This document shows positions 62,340 through 64,000 of a stretch of DNA of 64,000 bases, in pieces; the stretch's first letter is position 1, and the number at the start of each line of letters is the position of its first letter. Under the pieces are notes generated by a model. That model was not told the origin of the DNA and ran no database searches. It worked only from the letters and a program-made list of their open reading frames with translations. The translations under genes and the position numbers were made by a program. The stretch lies in NCBI GenBank assembly GCA_030390025.1, contig CM059438.1, positions 65,536,001 through 65,600,000 of the forward strand. The letters run 5' to 3'. The DNA is from Squalus acanthias. Taxonomy: Eukaryota.

Positions 62340-62800
62340 GTGTCAGCCGTGGCTCAGTGGGTAGCACCCTCACCTCTGAGTCAGAAGGTTGTGGGTTCAA
62401 GGCCCACTCCAGGGACTTGAGCAAAAAAATCTAGGCTGACACTCCAGTGCAGTGCTGAGGGAGTGCTGCACTGACGGATGTGCCATCTTTTGGATGAGAT
62501 GTTAAACAAAGGCCCTGTCGTAAAAGATCCCATGGCACTATTTCAAAGAAGAGCAGGAGAGTTATCACCGGTGTCCTGGCCAATATTTATCCCTCAATAA
62601 ACATCACTAAAAACAGATTATCTGGTCATTAGCACATTGCTGTTTGTGGGAGCTTGCATGCGCAAATTGGCTGCCACTTTTCCTACATTACAACAGTGAT
62701 TACACTTCTAAAGGTACTTCATTGGCTGTAAAGCGCTTTGGGACATCTGGTGGTCATGAAAGGCGCTATGTAAATGCAAGTTCTCTCTTCTTTCTTTCTT
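62340..62800 (+). mobile_element. Deu-domain SINE, near complete
   Basis: TGTCAGCCGTGGCTCAGTGGGTAGC A-box, GGTTCAAG B-box, Deu core, (TTTC)n tail. Confidence 0.9.
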
Positions 62801-62869
62801 TCTGCATCATGTTTGAACCTAGGTATTAGTGTTGTCAGGCAATTTGACCACAGAGAGCAACCAAGCCAG

Positions 62870-63100
62870 TTCCTGCACTCACCCGGTGTTCACTCATTCA
62901 CATTCCCTGGTTAATGATCAGGGAGAGGAAACCTGGCTGATTTTCTGCCCCTAGCTTAAGGGCAGTGTGACCACCGTCTGCCATTCTAGCTGAGATCAGC
63001 AAGCTTGGCACACAACAGGGATAGAATCTGGAGCCTTCCTGGTCTCTGGGATTTAGCAGCCCCCAGGCTATGTGGTCATCCACTAGGCCATCAGGGGAAC
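62870..63100 (-). mobile_element. tRNA-derived SINE (family of 3660-3965)
   Basis: GGAAACCTGGCTGATTTT...CTGAGATCAGC...GATAGAATCTGGAGCCTTCC. Confidence 0.6.
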
Positions 63101-64000
63101 TCTATTTGAGCTGCTATTTCTAAAAAGAATGTAAGGGAATGAGCTCATAGCAGTGATCTGTGAACTATTGTTCTCATTTGACTTAATTACATTATTTTCA
63201 CCTTACAAAACATTATTTTCGACTTTCCTCTGCATGTTCAAGAGGGATTTTGGATGCTGATGTACTGGGTGTATAGGTTTACCATGGTGCCAGATCAGGT
63301 TCTCAGAACAACTCAAAGTGGCTTGCAACCAATAAACTATTTTTGAGCGCAGTTACTGCTGTTATGTAGGCAAACACAGCAGCCAATCTCTCCACAAGGC
63401 TTCACAATCAGCAAAACAGATGAATGACCAGTTAATCCACGTTTGGTGATGTTGGTTGAAGTGTGTGAGATTTACATCAGAAATAATGGAGAACACATTG
63501 GGACTGAGAGGCAACACAATTCATCAATTAATCAATTGTATCTTTGAAAGGGAACATTATCATGGGGTTTGCTTTATTTCAATTTAAAATACTTCTCCCA
63601 GAAACATGCTTGGAGTTACTTTAGTTACATTGCAGCATTGGGGTCAACAGGAGAGAGGTTGATTCCCACTCAAAAAAAATGACAGCAGTCCAAAGATGGA
63701 CCATACTTTGGATGGACAGAAGTATAAAAAAAGGTAAAACCTGGAACAATATTTCAAGTTAAAAAGATGTTGGTAAAACAAGGGGATACAGGTTCAAACA
63801 AGTAGAAGGCAAATTTAGGACAAAAGTTCCCCCCCCCCCCCCCAAAGAGTGGTTAACATATAGAATGGATTTCTGGGTAAGGTACTGGAGGGAAAAACTT
63901 TGGAATCATTCAAGAATCAGTTAAATGTTGTGATGAAGGACTGCAGGTTTATTTTCCTGGAGGTAGGATGGGGCAACTGGCCTTCCTCAACCATAGCTAC

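Overview
Eukaryotic, repeat-saturated genomic DNA, most likely from a cartilaginous fish (shark or ray). This is inferred from HE1-type V-SINEs, Deu-domain SINEs and abundant CR1 LINEs. I found no intact host protein-coding gene, so the window reads as intronic or intergenic. Retroelements: a near full-length CR1 (esterase ORF1 plus EN/RT ORF2), many CR1/L2/RTE fragments and SINEs, a decayed Gypsy element, LTR-like segments, and two Penelope-like inserts carrying minimal hammerhead-ribozyme motifs. DNA transposons: a pogo/Tigger transposase with its MITE, and a dense set of PIF/Harbinger elements (two near-complete two-gene copies, one deleted copy, about ten non-autonomous copies with 3-bp TSDs). 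There is also a processed RPL23A pseudogene fragment. Most notable: (1) a degraded parvovirus-capsid-like segment abutting the 5' end of the full-length CR1; (2) a fully open, three-exon Myb/SANT gene in a Harbinger whose transposase is dead; (3) a MITE family that conserves clustered perfect 5' splice-site motifs and a covarying subterminal palindrome; (4) the hammerhead motifs. Family names come from motif recognition only; no database searches were run.
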